64,000 nt of DNA. Source: Oceanispirochaeta sp. Lineage in GTDB: Bacteria; Spirochaetota; Spirochaetia; DSM-2461. The notes under the pieces are model-generated. The model was not told where the DNA came from. It saw only the letters and a program-made list of their open reading frames with translations, and made no database searches. The stretch is from contig CAXXOA010000002.1 in NCBI GenBank assembly GCA_963666275.2, forward strand, positions 32,001 to 96,000, written 5' to 3'. Made by a program: the position numbers and the translations under genes. This document shows positions 49,595-57,980 of this stretch, piece after piece. Each line of letters opens with the position of its first letter. Position 1 is the stretch's first letter.

Positions 49595-50446
49595 ATGAAT
49601 AAAATTCTTGCAAAGACACAGCTGTCGGCTGATGTATTCCGTATGAAAATCGAAGCCCCTCTCATTGCGGAAGAGAGACAGGCGGGGCAGTTTCTGATCC
49701 TGCAGGTGGACAAGGAGTACGGAGAACGGATTCCTCTGACCATTGCCAACGCCGATGCGGAAGAAGGATTTATTGAGATCATCTTCCAGGCTGTGGGGGC
49801 GACCACCCTGAAACTGAGCCGTAAAAATGCCGGTGATACCATCGAAACCGTCCTGGGCCCTCTTGGACAGCCTACGCATATTGAAAAAATGGACGGCCCC
49901 GTGGTCTGTGTGGGAGGCGGTATCGGCGTGGCTCCCATGCACCCGATCGTTCAGGCCCACAAAGAAGCGGGCAATCGGGTCATTGTGATTATGGGCGCTC
50001 GGAACAAAGACCTTCTGATTATGAAGGAAGAGATGGAAGCCCTGGCGGATGAACTTATCATCTGTACCGACGACGGCTCCTACGGCCGGAAAGATCTGGT
50101 CACGGTCCCCCTGAAGGAACTCTGCGAAAAAGACGTTCCCCCGGCGGAAGTGGTGGCCATCGGCCCCCCGATCATGATGAAATTCTGCGCCGAAACCACA
50201 AGGCCCTACAAAGTCCCCACCACAGTCTCCCTGAATACAATCATGGTGGACGGTACGGGTATGTGCGGCGGCTGCCGGGTCACTATCGGCGGCAAAACCA
50301 AATTCGTCTGTGTAGACGGCCCCGAGTTTGACGGTCACCTGGTGGACTTTGACAATATGATGTCCCGTCTGAAAGCCTACAAGGGCCAGGAGAGCCACCG
50401 CTGCAACCTGGACGCCCAGGCGGAGAAACTGGAGAAGAACAAATGA
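49595..50446 (+). CDS. nfnA: NADH-dependent reduced ferredoxin:NADP+ oxidoreductase, small subunit (NfnA/SudB type)
   Basis: GERIPLTI, GGGIGVAP, TDDGSYG, MVDGTGMCGGCRV...CVDGPEF [2Fe-2S] motif. Confidence 0.85.
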   Translation: MNKILAKTQLSADVFRMKIEAPLIAEERQAGQFLILQVDKEYGERIPLTIANADAEEGFIEIIFQAVGATTLKLSRKNAGDTIETVLGPLGQPTHIEKMDGPVVCVGGGIGVAPMHPIVQAHKEAGNRVIVIMGARNKDLLIMKEEMEALADELIICTDDGSYGRKDLVTVPLKELCEKDVPPAEVVAIGPPIMMKFCAETTRPYKVPTTVSLNTIMVDGTGMCGGCRVTIGGKTKFVCVDGPEFDGHLVDFDNMMSRLKAYKGQESHRCNLDAQAEKLEKNK

Positions 50447-51933
50447 GTGCATATAAATCCCCCGAAACACTCCACAGGGAAGCGGAAGAGCTCCTGAAGG
50501 AACTGAAAGATAAAGAGCTGACAGCCAAATCCCGCCGGGACATTCCCCAGCAGGATATGCCCTCCCAGGATCCGGCGGTCCGCCGGGGCAATATGGAAGA
50601 GGTCGCCCTGGGATACAGCGAAGAGCAGGTGCTTGTGGAGTCCCTGCGCTGTCTCCAGTGCAAAAACGCCCCCTGCATCAAGGGCTGTCCCGTGAGTATT
50701 GATATCCCCGGGTTTATAGACCAGGCGGGAGCGGGAGACTTCAAAGGCGCCATTGCCACCATCAAAGAGAGCAGCATGCTCCCGGCGATCTGCGGACGGG
50801 TCTGCCCCCAGGAAAAGCAGTGCATGGAACAGTGCACCCTGGGCAAGATCCTTAAGGATCCGGAAAAGTCGGTGGCCATCGGCCGGATCGAACGGTTCCT
50901 GGCGGACCGGGAGAGAGAAAACGGCGACAAGCCTGCTGTTCAGATCGCTTCCGAAACAGGGAAAAAAGTGGCCATCATCGGCAGCGGGCCTTCGGGGCTG
51001 ACCGCCGCGGCGGACCTGAGAAAGGCCGGCCACGGGGTCACCATTTTCGAGGCCTTCCACAAACCCGGCGGCGTAACAGTTTACGGAATCCCCGAATTCC
51101 GTCTGCCCAAGGAGATTGTGGACCTGGAGGTTCAGGGCCTCAGGGAGATGGGCGTTGAGATCGAAACCAACTTCCTGGTGGGCCGGACCAGAAAACTGAA
51201 AGACCTGATGGAGAAGGACGGCTATGATGCGGTCTATATCTCCTCGGGAGCGGGACTGCCCAAGTTTATGCACATTGAGGGCGAGAACCTGGTGGGGGTC
51301 TTTTCGGCCAACGAATACCTGACCCGGTCGAACCTGATGAAAGCCTACGATGACAGCAATTCGGAAACCCCCATCTACAAGGGGACCCGTGTGGCCGTTT
51401 TCGGCGGGGGCAATGTGGCCATGGATGCAGCCAGAACAGCGGTCCGTCTGGGAGCCGAAGAGGTTCATATCATCTACCGCCGGACCGAGAAAGAGATGCC
51501 CGCCCGTGTGGAAGAGGTGCATCATGCCCGGGAAGAGGGCTTGATTATTAATATGCTCACCAACCCTGTGCGGATCCTGGGCGATGACGAGGGCCGGGTA
51601 CGGGCCATCGAGTGCCTGAAATACGAACTGGGAGAACCCGACGCTTCGGGCAGAAGGCGTCCTGTGGCCGTTGAAGGTAGTGAGTTCGAGATTCCCGTGG
51701 ATGTGTGCATACCCGCCATCGGAAACGCCTCGAATCCTCTGATCAAACAGACAACCCCGGGGCTGGAGTTTACCGAATGGGGAACTGTCAAGGTCGATGA
51801 AAACCAGAAGACCTCACTGGACATGGTCTATGCGGGGGGAGATATCTCCCAGGGAGCCGCCACGGTCATCCTGGCCATGGGAGACGGACGCAGGGCCGCA
51901 GAGGCTATCAACAGAGCCCTTGTAAATAACTAG
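50443..51933 (+). CDS. nfnB: NADH-dependent reduced ferredoxin:NADP+ oxidoreductase, large subunit (NfnB/SudA, GltD-like)
   Basis: RCLQC..APC..GCP, CGRVCPQEKQC, GSGPSG, GGGNVAMDAAR; no gltB nearby; coupled to the nfnA-like gene. Confidence 0.85.
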   Translation: MSAYKSPETLHREAEELLKELKDKELTAKSRRDIPQQDMPSQDPAVRRGNMEEVALGYSEEQVLVESLRCLQCKNAPCIKGCPVSIDIPGFIDQAGAGDFKGAIATIKESSMLPAICGRVCPQEKQCMEQCTLGKILKDPEKSVAIGRIERFLADRERENGDKPAVQIASETGKKVAIIGSGPSGLTAAADLRKAGHGVTIFEAFHKPGGVTVYGIPEFRLPKEIVDLEVQGLREMGVEIETNFLVGRTRKLKDLMEKDGYDAVYISSGAGLPKFMHIEGENLVGVFSANEYLTRSNLMKAYDDSNSETPIYKGTRVAVFGGGNVAMDAARTAVRLGAEEVHIIYRRTEKEMPARVEEVHHAREEGLIINMLTNPVRILGDDEGRVRAIECLKYELGEPDASGRRRPVAVEGSEFEIPVDVCIPAIGNASNPLIKQTTPGLEFTEWGTVKVDENQKTSLDMVYAGGDISQGAATVILAMGDGRRAAEAINRALVNN

Positions 51934-51956
51934 CAAACGCGTTTTTAGAAAACCTT

Positions 51957-51991
51957 ATACCGCCGGACGGATTTCCGGCGGTATTTTTTTT
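51957..51991 (+). terminator. Rho-independent terminator
   Basis: ATACCGCCGGA-N6-TCCGGCGGTAT followed by a T-run. Confidence 0.85.
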
Positions 51992-52016
51992 GCTGCAACA
52001 GTCTTCTATGCTGTTT

Positions 52017-53150
52017 TCAGCCCCAGACTTCCTCAGCAATCTCTTTCACAAGGCGCATCTTTTTCCACTGATCCTCTTCGGTCAGGATATTTCCCTCTTC
52101 GGTAGAGGCAAATCCGCACTGGGGGCTCAGAGAGAGCCGTTCCAGGGGAATGTATTCTGCGGCTTCCCGTATCCGCTTTTTGATTGTCTCCTTGTCTTCC
52201 AGCTGGGGCCGTTTGCTTGTTACCAGTCCGAGTACGACCTTTTTGGAGCTGTCCAGAAAGCGGAGGGGTTCGAAGTTCCCGGACCTTTCGTCGTCAAACT
52301 CCAGAAAATAGGTTTCCACATCTTCCTTCCCGAACAGGCGCTCTCCCACAGGTTCGTACCCGCCTGAAGTGGCATAGGTGGAGTGATAATTCCCCCGGCA
52401 GACATGGGTTGAAACTTTAAGATCCTCTGGCAGATCTTTAAGGGAGTTATTATTCAGTTCCAGATAGAGTTCCTGAATCTGATCCGGGTCAAATCCCGCC
52501 CCGGCCATGAGTTTCCAGAAATCCCTGTCGCAGAGCATACCCCAGGTACAGTCATCCAGTTTGATATCCCGGCAGCCCAGGTCATAGAAAGCCAGAATCG
52601 AATCCCTGAAAGCATTGCATAGATCTTCTATAAAATCCTTCCGCTCCGGGTAGATTTCATTCACCTTATTCTCATTGGCTCCCCGTACCAGTTCCGCATA
52701 AAACTGGGAGGGAGCGGGTATGCTTAACCGTGCGCTGCCGTCCTCTCCGGCTGCCTCTTTCAGAAAGCTGTAATGCTTCAGAAAGGGATGGGCATCGGAA
52801 AAACGGATTTTCCCGTTCAACCGGGCCGAATCATCCCGGGTTTCCTCATCGTGAAACTTATAACCTTCTCCGAAATGGATATGCTCCACCCCTTCAAAGC
52901 CCCAGAAGTAGTCCAGATGCCAGTAGCTCCTCCTGAATTCTCCGTCGCTTACATTTTTATAGCCAAGCTCTTTCTGTCTGGCCACAAGCTTCAGGATCTC
53001 CTCATCTTCCACATGGGTCAGTTCCGCTTCTGTTATCTTTCCATCCGCATAATCCGCCCGGGCTCTGACCAGGGTTTCGGGGCGCAGGAAGCTCCCTACG
53101 TGATCGTAATGGGAATGGACTCCCGATCTGTCTGTATTCTCAACTGCCAT
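52017..53150 (-). CDS. Core (single-domain) cobalamin-independent methionine synthase family protein (YxjG/YxjH-like)
   Basis: DHVGSFLRP, SDGEFRR, Zn ligands HVCRGN / LEFD / PQCGF; only 377 aa, so no folate-binding N-terminal barrel. Confidence 0.88.
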   Translation of the reverse strand: MAVENTDRSGVHSHYDHVGSFLRPETLVRARADYADGKITEAELTHVEDEEILKLVARQKELGYKNVSDGEFRRSYWHLDYFWGFEGVEHIHFGEGYKFHDEETRDDSARLNGKIRFSDAHPFLKHYSFLKEAAGEDGSARLSIPAPSQFYAELVRGANENKVNEIYPERKDFIEDLCNAFRDSILAFYDLGCRDIKLDDCTWGMLCDRDFWKLMAGAGFDPDQIQELYLELNNNSLKDLPEDLKVSTHVCRGNYHSTYATSGGYEPVGERLFGKEDVETYFLEFDDERSGNFEPLRFLDSSKKVVLGLVTSKRPQLEDKETIKKRIREAAEYIPLERLSLSPQCGFASTEEGNILTEEDQWKKMRLVKEIAEEVWG

Positions 53151-53319
53151 CTGCTCTCTCCTATAAAAGACAGGGGGGGTCTCTATGACTCCGCCGTCTC
53201 TGCTGTGTGATGATAAAAAAGGGAACCTCTCCTATCATTCCTTCTGGTATTTTTATTGTTCCGGTTGTCATACTCCCGGTATAGAAAAGAGCATAGAATA
53301 AATAATAAATTATTAAAAA

Positions 53320-53353
53320 TGATAGTTTCTCATGAATTCATGAATTATATTCA
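53320..53353. promoter_or_regulatory. MetR-type binding sites
   Basis: TGAA-TTATA-TTCA (53341-53353) matches the TGAA-N5-TTCA MetR box; second T-N11-A site TGATAGTTTCTCA (53320-53332). Confidence 0.75.
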
Positions 53354-53358
53354 TAGAT

Positions 53359-54258
53359 ATGATTGAAAAAATCCATTTGATGATCCTTTCCGGAGTCCAC
53401 TCCACCGGAACCTTAACAGCTGCCGCCAGTGAGCTCAACCTGACCCAGTCGGCACTTACCCATGCCATAAGAAAGCTCGAAGGACAGATTGGGACTCCCA
53501 TCTGGGAAAAAGAGGGCCGGAAACTGAAACTCACCCGGAGCGGACTGCTCCTCCTCGAACTGGCCGAAACCATACTGCCCCAGATCGAACATGCCGAATC
53601 CCTTCTGAAACAGATAGCCGGGGGCAGAAGAGGAATACTCAGGATCGGCATGGAATGCCATCCCTGTTACCGATGGCTCCAGAACATACTGCCTCCCTTT
53701 CTCCAGGCATGGCCGGATGTGGAAGTGGAACTGAAACAGCAGTTCAACGGGATCAAAGCCCTGATCCGTCAGGACGTGGACATCCTGATAACACCGGATC
53801 CCTTCTTCAGTGAGAGGCTGGAATATTTTTCCGTCTTCAATTACAGGCAGGTTCTGGCAGTATCGGAGAATCATCCGCTGGCAGCAAAGGCTTTTGTACT
53901 GCCGCAGGATCTTACCGAGGAGACACTGTTCTCCTATCCGGTCAGCCTGGACAGACTGACTGTTTTTACAGATTTTCTCAAACCCGCCTCCTGCCGGCCG
54001 GCCCGTATAAAAACAGTAGAGACAACGGAGATTCTGCTTCAGATGGTCGCCGCCGGCAGGGGCGTCACCGCCCTTCCTGATTTCCTGATCGAGGAATATA
54101 AAAAAAAGCTCCCCCTCAGATCTGTAAAACTGGGAAAGACGGGAATCAGCAGGAGCATCTTCATCGGCAGGAAAATCTCGGAAAAACACCCTCTGTATCT
54201 GGATAGTTTCATTGAGATGGCAGAACAGGGTAATGAAATTGAATCAATAAGCGGTTAA
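53359..54258 (+). CDS. metR: LysR-family regulator MetR
   Basis: GTLTAAA..LNLTQSALTH, ECHPCYRWL, MVAAGRGVTALP; divergent from the methionine synthase gene. Confidence 0.85.
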   Translation: MIEKIHLMILSGVHSTGTLTAAASELNLTQSALTHAIRKLEGQIGTPIWEKEGRKLKLTRSGLLLLELAETILPQIEHAESLLKQIAGGRRGILRIGMECHPCYRWLQNILPPFLQAWPDVEVELKQQFNGIKALIRQDVDILITPDPFFSERLEYFSVFNYRQVLAVSENHPLAAKAFVLPQDLTEETLFSYPVSLDRLTVFTDFLKPASCRPARIKTVETTEILLQMVAAGRGVTALPDFLIEEYKKKLPLRSVKLGKTGISRSIFIGRKISEKHPLYLDSFIEMAEQGNEIESISG

Positions 54259-54298
54259 TATCTCTACCAGAAAGCCGACCCGTAGTTCTCCAGAAATA

Positions 54299-54532
54299 TC
54301 ATTCAGGCAATTTCCCGTTCCAGGACTGATCCCAGTGAATATTTTCCAAACTGACCGAACTGTCCCGTTCGATATCATGAGGTTCAAGCCTGGCAAGCCG
54401 GCTGGTTGTTCCTTCCGGGATAATTTTCAACCGTTTACCATGTCGTTCAATCTCAACGGGTATTCCTGATTCAAGGATGGAATCCAGAACAGCGTAGATA
54501 TTTTTTCGCAAAGCAGTTGCAGAATAAATCAT
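54299..54532 (-). CDS. Phd/YefM-family antitoxin (orphan)
   Basis: SATALRKNIY.VLD.ILESG.PVEIER.G; 77 aa. Confidence 0.8.
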   Translation of the reverse strand: MIYSATALRKNIYAVLDSILESGIPVEIERHGKRLKIIPEGTTSRLARLEPHDIERDSSVSLENIHWDQSWNGKLPE

Positions 54533-54564
54533 TTTTTTTCCTTTTCGTCTTCAATTATAAGCCA

Positions 54565-54598
54565 AATGCGTACGTATTAAAATATTCACGTACGCATT
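54565..54598. promoter_or_regulatory. Inverted-repeat operator upstream of the antitoxin
   Basis: AATGCGTACGT-N12-ACGTACGCATT, each arm containing a CGTACG palindrome. Confidence 0.65.
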
Positions 54599-54657
54599 AA
54601 AAAGCATCAGGACTCTTTTCTTCTTAAAAGAAGGAGTTCATTATCGGAGCTTTTTAT

Positions 54658-54692
54658 TTGACAAGCAATTGGTACAGTGTTAATGTACCAAT
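54658..54692 (+). promoter_or_regulatory. Sigma-70 promoter with overlapping palindromic operator of the GRE operon
   Basis: TTGACA-N17-TAATGT with TGn extension; ATTGGTACA-N7-TGTACCAAT (54668-54692). Confidence 0.7.
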
Positions 54693-54693
54693 C

Positions 54694-55566
54694 ATGAATA
54701 TCTCCCTTTTTCAGACAGGATGGAACTACTCTCAGGACGGTCCGGGCAACAGAATGATCCTCCACTTTCAGGGGTGCAACTTCGACTGCCCCTGGTGCAG
54801 CAATCCCGAAGGCAGGAACATCAGAGGAAGTCTCTTTGTCCGGAAGGAACTTCTGACCGGAGAGGTCTGTCCCCATGGAGCCATCAGGGATGGTCAGCTG
54901 AACCGCGTTCTCTGCGGAACCTGCGTTCCAAAAGAGTGCCTGAAGGAGAACCGAAATCAGGGAATCCGCTTTTCCGCCTCCTCCGTCCCTCTGGAGGAAA
55001 TTGTCAGAACAGCGGTAGAATCCAAGCCCCTGTTCTACGACGGAGGCGGCGTTACCATCACAGGGGGAGAAGCAACCCTGCAGTTTTCCGCTCTGAAGGA
55101 GCTGCTGACGGCCCTGAAAAGAGAGGGGATTCATACCGCTCTGGAAACCAACGGGAGCCACAAAAAGCTGCCGGAGCTGTTCCCCCTGCTGGATCTTCTG
55201 ATTCTGGATATCAAACACTGGGATAGCAGGATATTTGCCGAGACTGCTGGAGCAGGACCGGGGAGTCTTATGGAAAATCTGATGATTGCCAACAGCTCCC
55301 CTACCCCCATGCTTACAAGGATTACTCTTATTCCGGGATTCAACAACGCCCCTGCAGACATTGAGGGATTCCTCAAGCTCTTCCAGTCACTGCCGAAGCC
55401 GGAGCTATTTCAACTGGAACTGCTGGCCTATCATCAGTACGGAAGAGAGAAATGGGAAGCCATAGGCGAACCCTACAGAGGACCGGATGATTCAATTTCC
55501 GATGAAGAAATGAAAGCGCATAAAACCCTTTTTAAAGAAAAAGGCATTACAATTATAAGTACCTGA
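54694..55566 (+). CDS. Glycyl-radical enzyme activating enzyme (radical SAM)
   Basis: QDGPG.R, FQGCNFDCPWCSNPEG (CxxxCxxC), GGVTITGGE, HTALETNG, DIKH; extra Cys residues in a ferredoxin-like insert. Confidence 0.92.
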   Translation: MNISLFQTGWNYSQDGPGNRMILHFQGCNFDCPWCSNPEGRNIRGSLFVRKELLTGEVCPHGAIRDGQLNRVLCGTCVPKECLKENRNQGIRFSASSVPLEEIVRTAVESKPLFYDGGGVTITGGEATLQFSALKELLTALKREGIHTALETNGSHKKLPELFPLLDLLILDIKHWDSRIFAETAGAGPGSLMENLMIANSSPTPMLTRITLIPGFNNAPADIEGFLKLFQSLPKPELFQLELLAYHQYGREKWEAIGEPYRGPDDSISDEEMKAHKTLFKEKGITIIST

Positions 55567-55586
55567 AACAGGAATAGAGGTTGAAG

Positions 55587-57971
55587 ATGAAAAACTGGAA
55601 AGACATATATCCCGATGGAGCCCGGGCAGCGGCACTGGCCGATGCGGTATTCCATGAACAGAAACAGACCACCGTCCTGAACGGCTGGTTCAAAGTCCTG
55701 GAGATCCACATGAATGCCATGAAGGAGATCCCCTCTGAGACGGGAGAGGAGATGCTGGCGGCTTTGAAACTGAAGGCTGTGGCGGAAAATCTCCCCCTTG
55801 AGATAAGCGATCACGCGGTTTTTGCGGGGACCCAGAACGACGGTTTTTCGAGCAGTTACGCTCTGATTCACCCTTCCTTCAAAGTAGAGGATTTCAAGGG
55901 ATACTGTGATCCCCTGGCAGTGTTCAATGATCTGGGCGAAGAGGAAGATCTGACCCCGGAAAGGATCAACCGTGTCCGGGATTACTATGCCGGAACAGAC
56001 TATGTGAATGACCTGAATAAGGTTTATGACACCTGCCGGGAGCAGACGGAGGAAGCCCTTTTTTTTGTCGAGCAGGTGACAGGCCACCTTATTCCTGATT
56101 TTTCCCGCATCATACGGGACGGTTCTGAAGCCCTGAAATCTGACCTCCAGAATAAGGCAGAAGCCGAATCAGACGGGGAAAAAGCCGAAACCTACAGGGC
56201 CATGGAGATAACCCTGGAGGCTCTTGAAATTCTGGCTGGTCGATACGGAACAATAGCCCGGAAAAAGGCAGCGGAAAATGCGGAACGCCGGGACGAGTGG
56301 GAGCTCCTGGCAGAGACCCTGGAAAGAGTTCCTTTCCAGGGGGCATCCACCCTGTTTGAAGCGATCCAGGTCTATATACTCTGCTGGCAGGCAATGTGCC
56401 TGGAACAGAGCCCCAACCCCTATGCGTTTTCCGCTGGAAATATAGACAGGCTTTTTGAGCCCTACCGGGCGGCGGACCAGGCGGACCGTGCCGCTGCCTC
56501 CGGCCTGATCCAGGCCCTTCTGGCCTTCTACAATGTGGGAGACAGAAGCTGGGCCATATCCCAGAACATGCTCCTCAGCGGAAAGAGCTTTGTGAACAAA
56601 GACCTGACCAACACCATGACCTATGCCGTTCTGGATGCCTTTTACAGAGGCAGATACCCCCAGCCCATCCTATCGGTAAGGCTCCATGAGAAGTCTCCGG
56701 CAGCCCTTTTCCGGGAAATGGGCCGTTTTTTCTTTACCCCCGGACAGCTGACTCCTTCGCTTTTCAACGATGACTCACTGATCCCTATCCTTATAAATCA
56801 GGGAGTGGCTGCGGAAGATGCGGAAAACTACGCCGTGGCAGGCTGTCAGGAACCCCTTATAATGGGAAAAGACAACGGCAATACAACAAACAGCTGGCTG
56901 AACCTGGCCAAGGTTCTGGAGGTCACCCTCAATGAGGGACACTCTACTATCACAGGAAGAAAACTGGCCTCTTCGCCTCAGGAACTCATGGATGAAGATC
57001 TCAGCGACAGGGACCTTCTGATCCGGATCAGGGAAGTCTACTACAAACAGCTGGACAAGGTGATCGGAGAAATGACAGCCGCCGCTGACGGCTGCTCCCG
57101 GGCTCTCTCCCACCTGAGGGTTCCCTTCCTCTCTACGGCTATGGGCGGTCTCGATTCGGGGATTGATCTCAGGCATCCGGAAAAGCAGGGAACCAGCTAT
57201 AACGGCAGCGGCTGTCTGATACACGGCCTCTCTGTTCTGGCGGACTCCTTTCAGGCCATCAGCGATGTGGCGGACAATAAGTCTGCCGAAGAGTGCTCCT
57301 CCCTGCTGGAGGCCCTGAGACTGAATTTTGAAGACAGAGAAGCCCTGAGGCAGTACCTGCTGAGCAGCCCCAAATACGGCAATTACGTTGAATCCGTTGA
57401 CAATGAGGCTGTTGAGATTGTGGCCAGAGTCTCCGACAGGATCAGGGAACAGAAAAACTACCTGGGCAATCCCTTCCGCCCCGACTGGAGCTCCCCGTCT
57501 ACCCATCTGCTGTATGGTTACTGGACAGGTGCGACACCCGACGGAAGAAAAGCCAGGACCATGCTGGGATACGGCGTGGACCCCCTGTACGGAGAAGCCA
57601 CCGCCGGACTGAACTATAAGATCCTCTCCCTGCGGAAGCTGCCATATAAAAAAATGAGCGGCGGATGTGCCTGCCATCTGGGCATCAATCCCTCCTCATT
57701 TCCCGAGCTGACACTAGAGGACAAGGGTATAGCCTTTGCCAAAAAGATTCTGAATCCCCTGTTCAATCTCTCCGGAGCCAACGGAAGGATCGAACCTTTT
57801 TACCTTTATGTGAATGTAACAACCGCAGACACCCTGAGAAAAGTCCTGGATAAACCGGAAAAGTATGCCCCTTCGGGGGTATATATCATGAGAATCCACG
57901 GTACCTTTGTGAACTTTCTGGATCTATCCCCTGCCATACAGGAGGATATCATCCTGCGGCTGGATAACTAG
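55587..57971 (+). CDS. Glycyl radical enzyme (PFL superfamily), function unknown
   Basis: About 795 aa; GHLIPD, QP.LSVR, AGCQEP Cys loop, PKYGN, GATPDGRKA, ALEKPEKY-like segment, MRIHGTFVNF..L....QEDII.R; ATG 55587 preferred by RBS spacing. Confidence 0.88.
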   Translation: MKNWKDIYPDGARAAALADAVFHEQKQTTVLNGWFKVLEIHMNAMKEIPSETGEEMLAALKLKAVAENLPLEISDHAVFAGTQNDGFSSSYALIHPSFKVEDFKGYCDPLAVFNDLGEEEDLTPERINRVRDYYAGTDYVNDLNKVYDTCREQTEEALFFVEQVTGHLIPDFSRIIRDGSEALKSDLQNKAEAESDGEKAETYRAMEITLEALEILAGRYGTIARKKAAENAERRDEWELLAETLERVPFQGASTLFEAIQVYILCWQAMCLEQSPNPYAFSAGNIDRLFEPYRAADQADRAAASGLIQALLAFYNVGDRSWAISQNMLLSGKSFVNKDLTNTMTYAVLDAFYRGRYPQPILSVRLHEKSPAALFREMGRFFFTPGQLTPSLFNDDSLIPILINQGVAAEDAENYAVAGCQEPLIMGKDNGNTTNSWLNLAKVLEVTLNEGHSTITGRKLASSPQELMDEDLSDRDLLIRIREVYYKQLDKVIGEMTAAADGCSRALSHLRVPFLSTAMGGLDSGIDLRHPEKQGTSYNGSGCLIHGLSVLADSFQAISDVADNKSAEECSSLLEALRLNFEDREALRQYLLSSPKYGNYVESVDNEAVEIVARVSDRIREQKNYLGNPFRPDWSSPSTHLLYGYWTGATPDGRKARTMLGYGVDPLYGEATAGLNYKILSLRKLPYKKMSGGCACHLGINPSSFPELTLEDKGIAFAKKILNPLFNLSGANGRIEPFYLYVNVTTADTLRKVLDKPEKYAPSGVYIMRIHGTFVNFLDLSPAIQEDIILRLDN

Positions 57972-57980
57972 AGGTTTGCA

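Noticed and set aside
50443..51933. Glutamate synthase small subunit (gltD) call
   Set aside because: No gltB large subunit; coupled to an NfnA-type gene, which indicates NfnAB
55587..57971. Pyruvate formate-lyase (pflB) call
   Set aside because: Lacks the adjacent Cys-Cys pair and the RVSGY loop of true PFL
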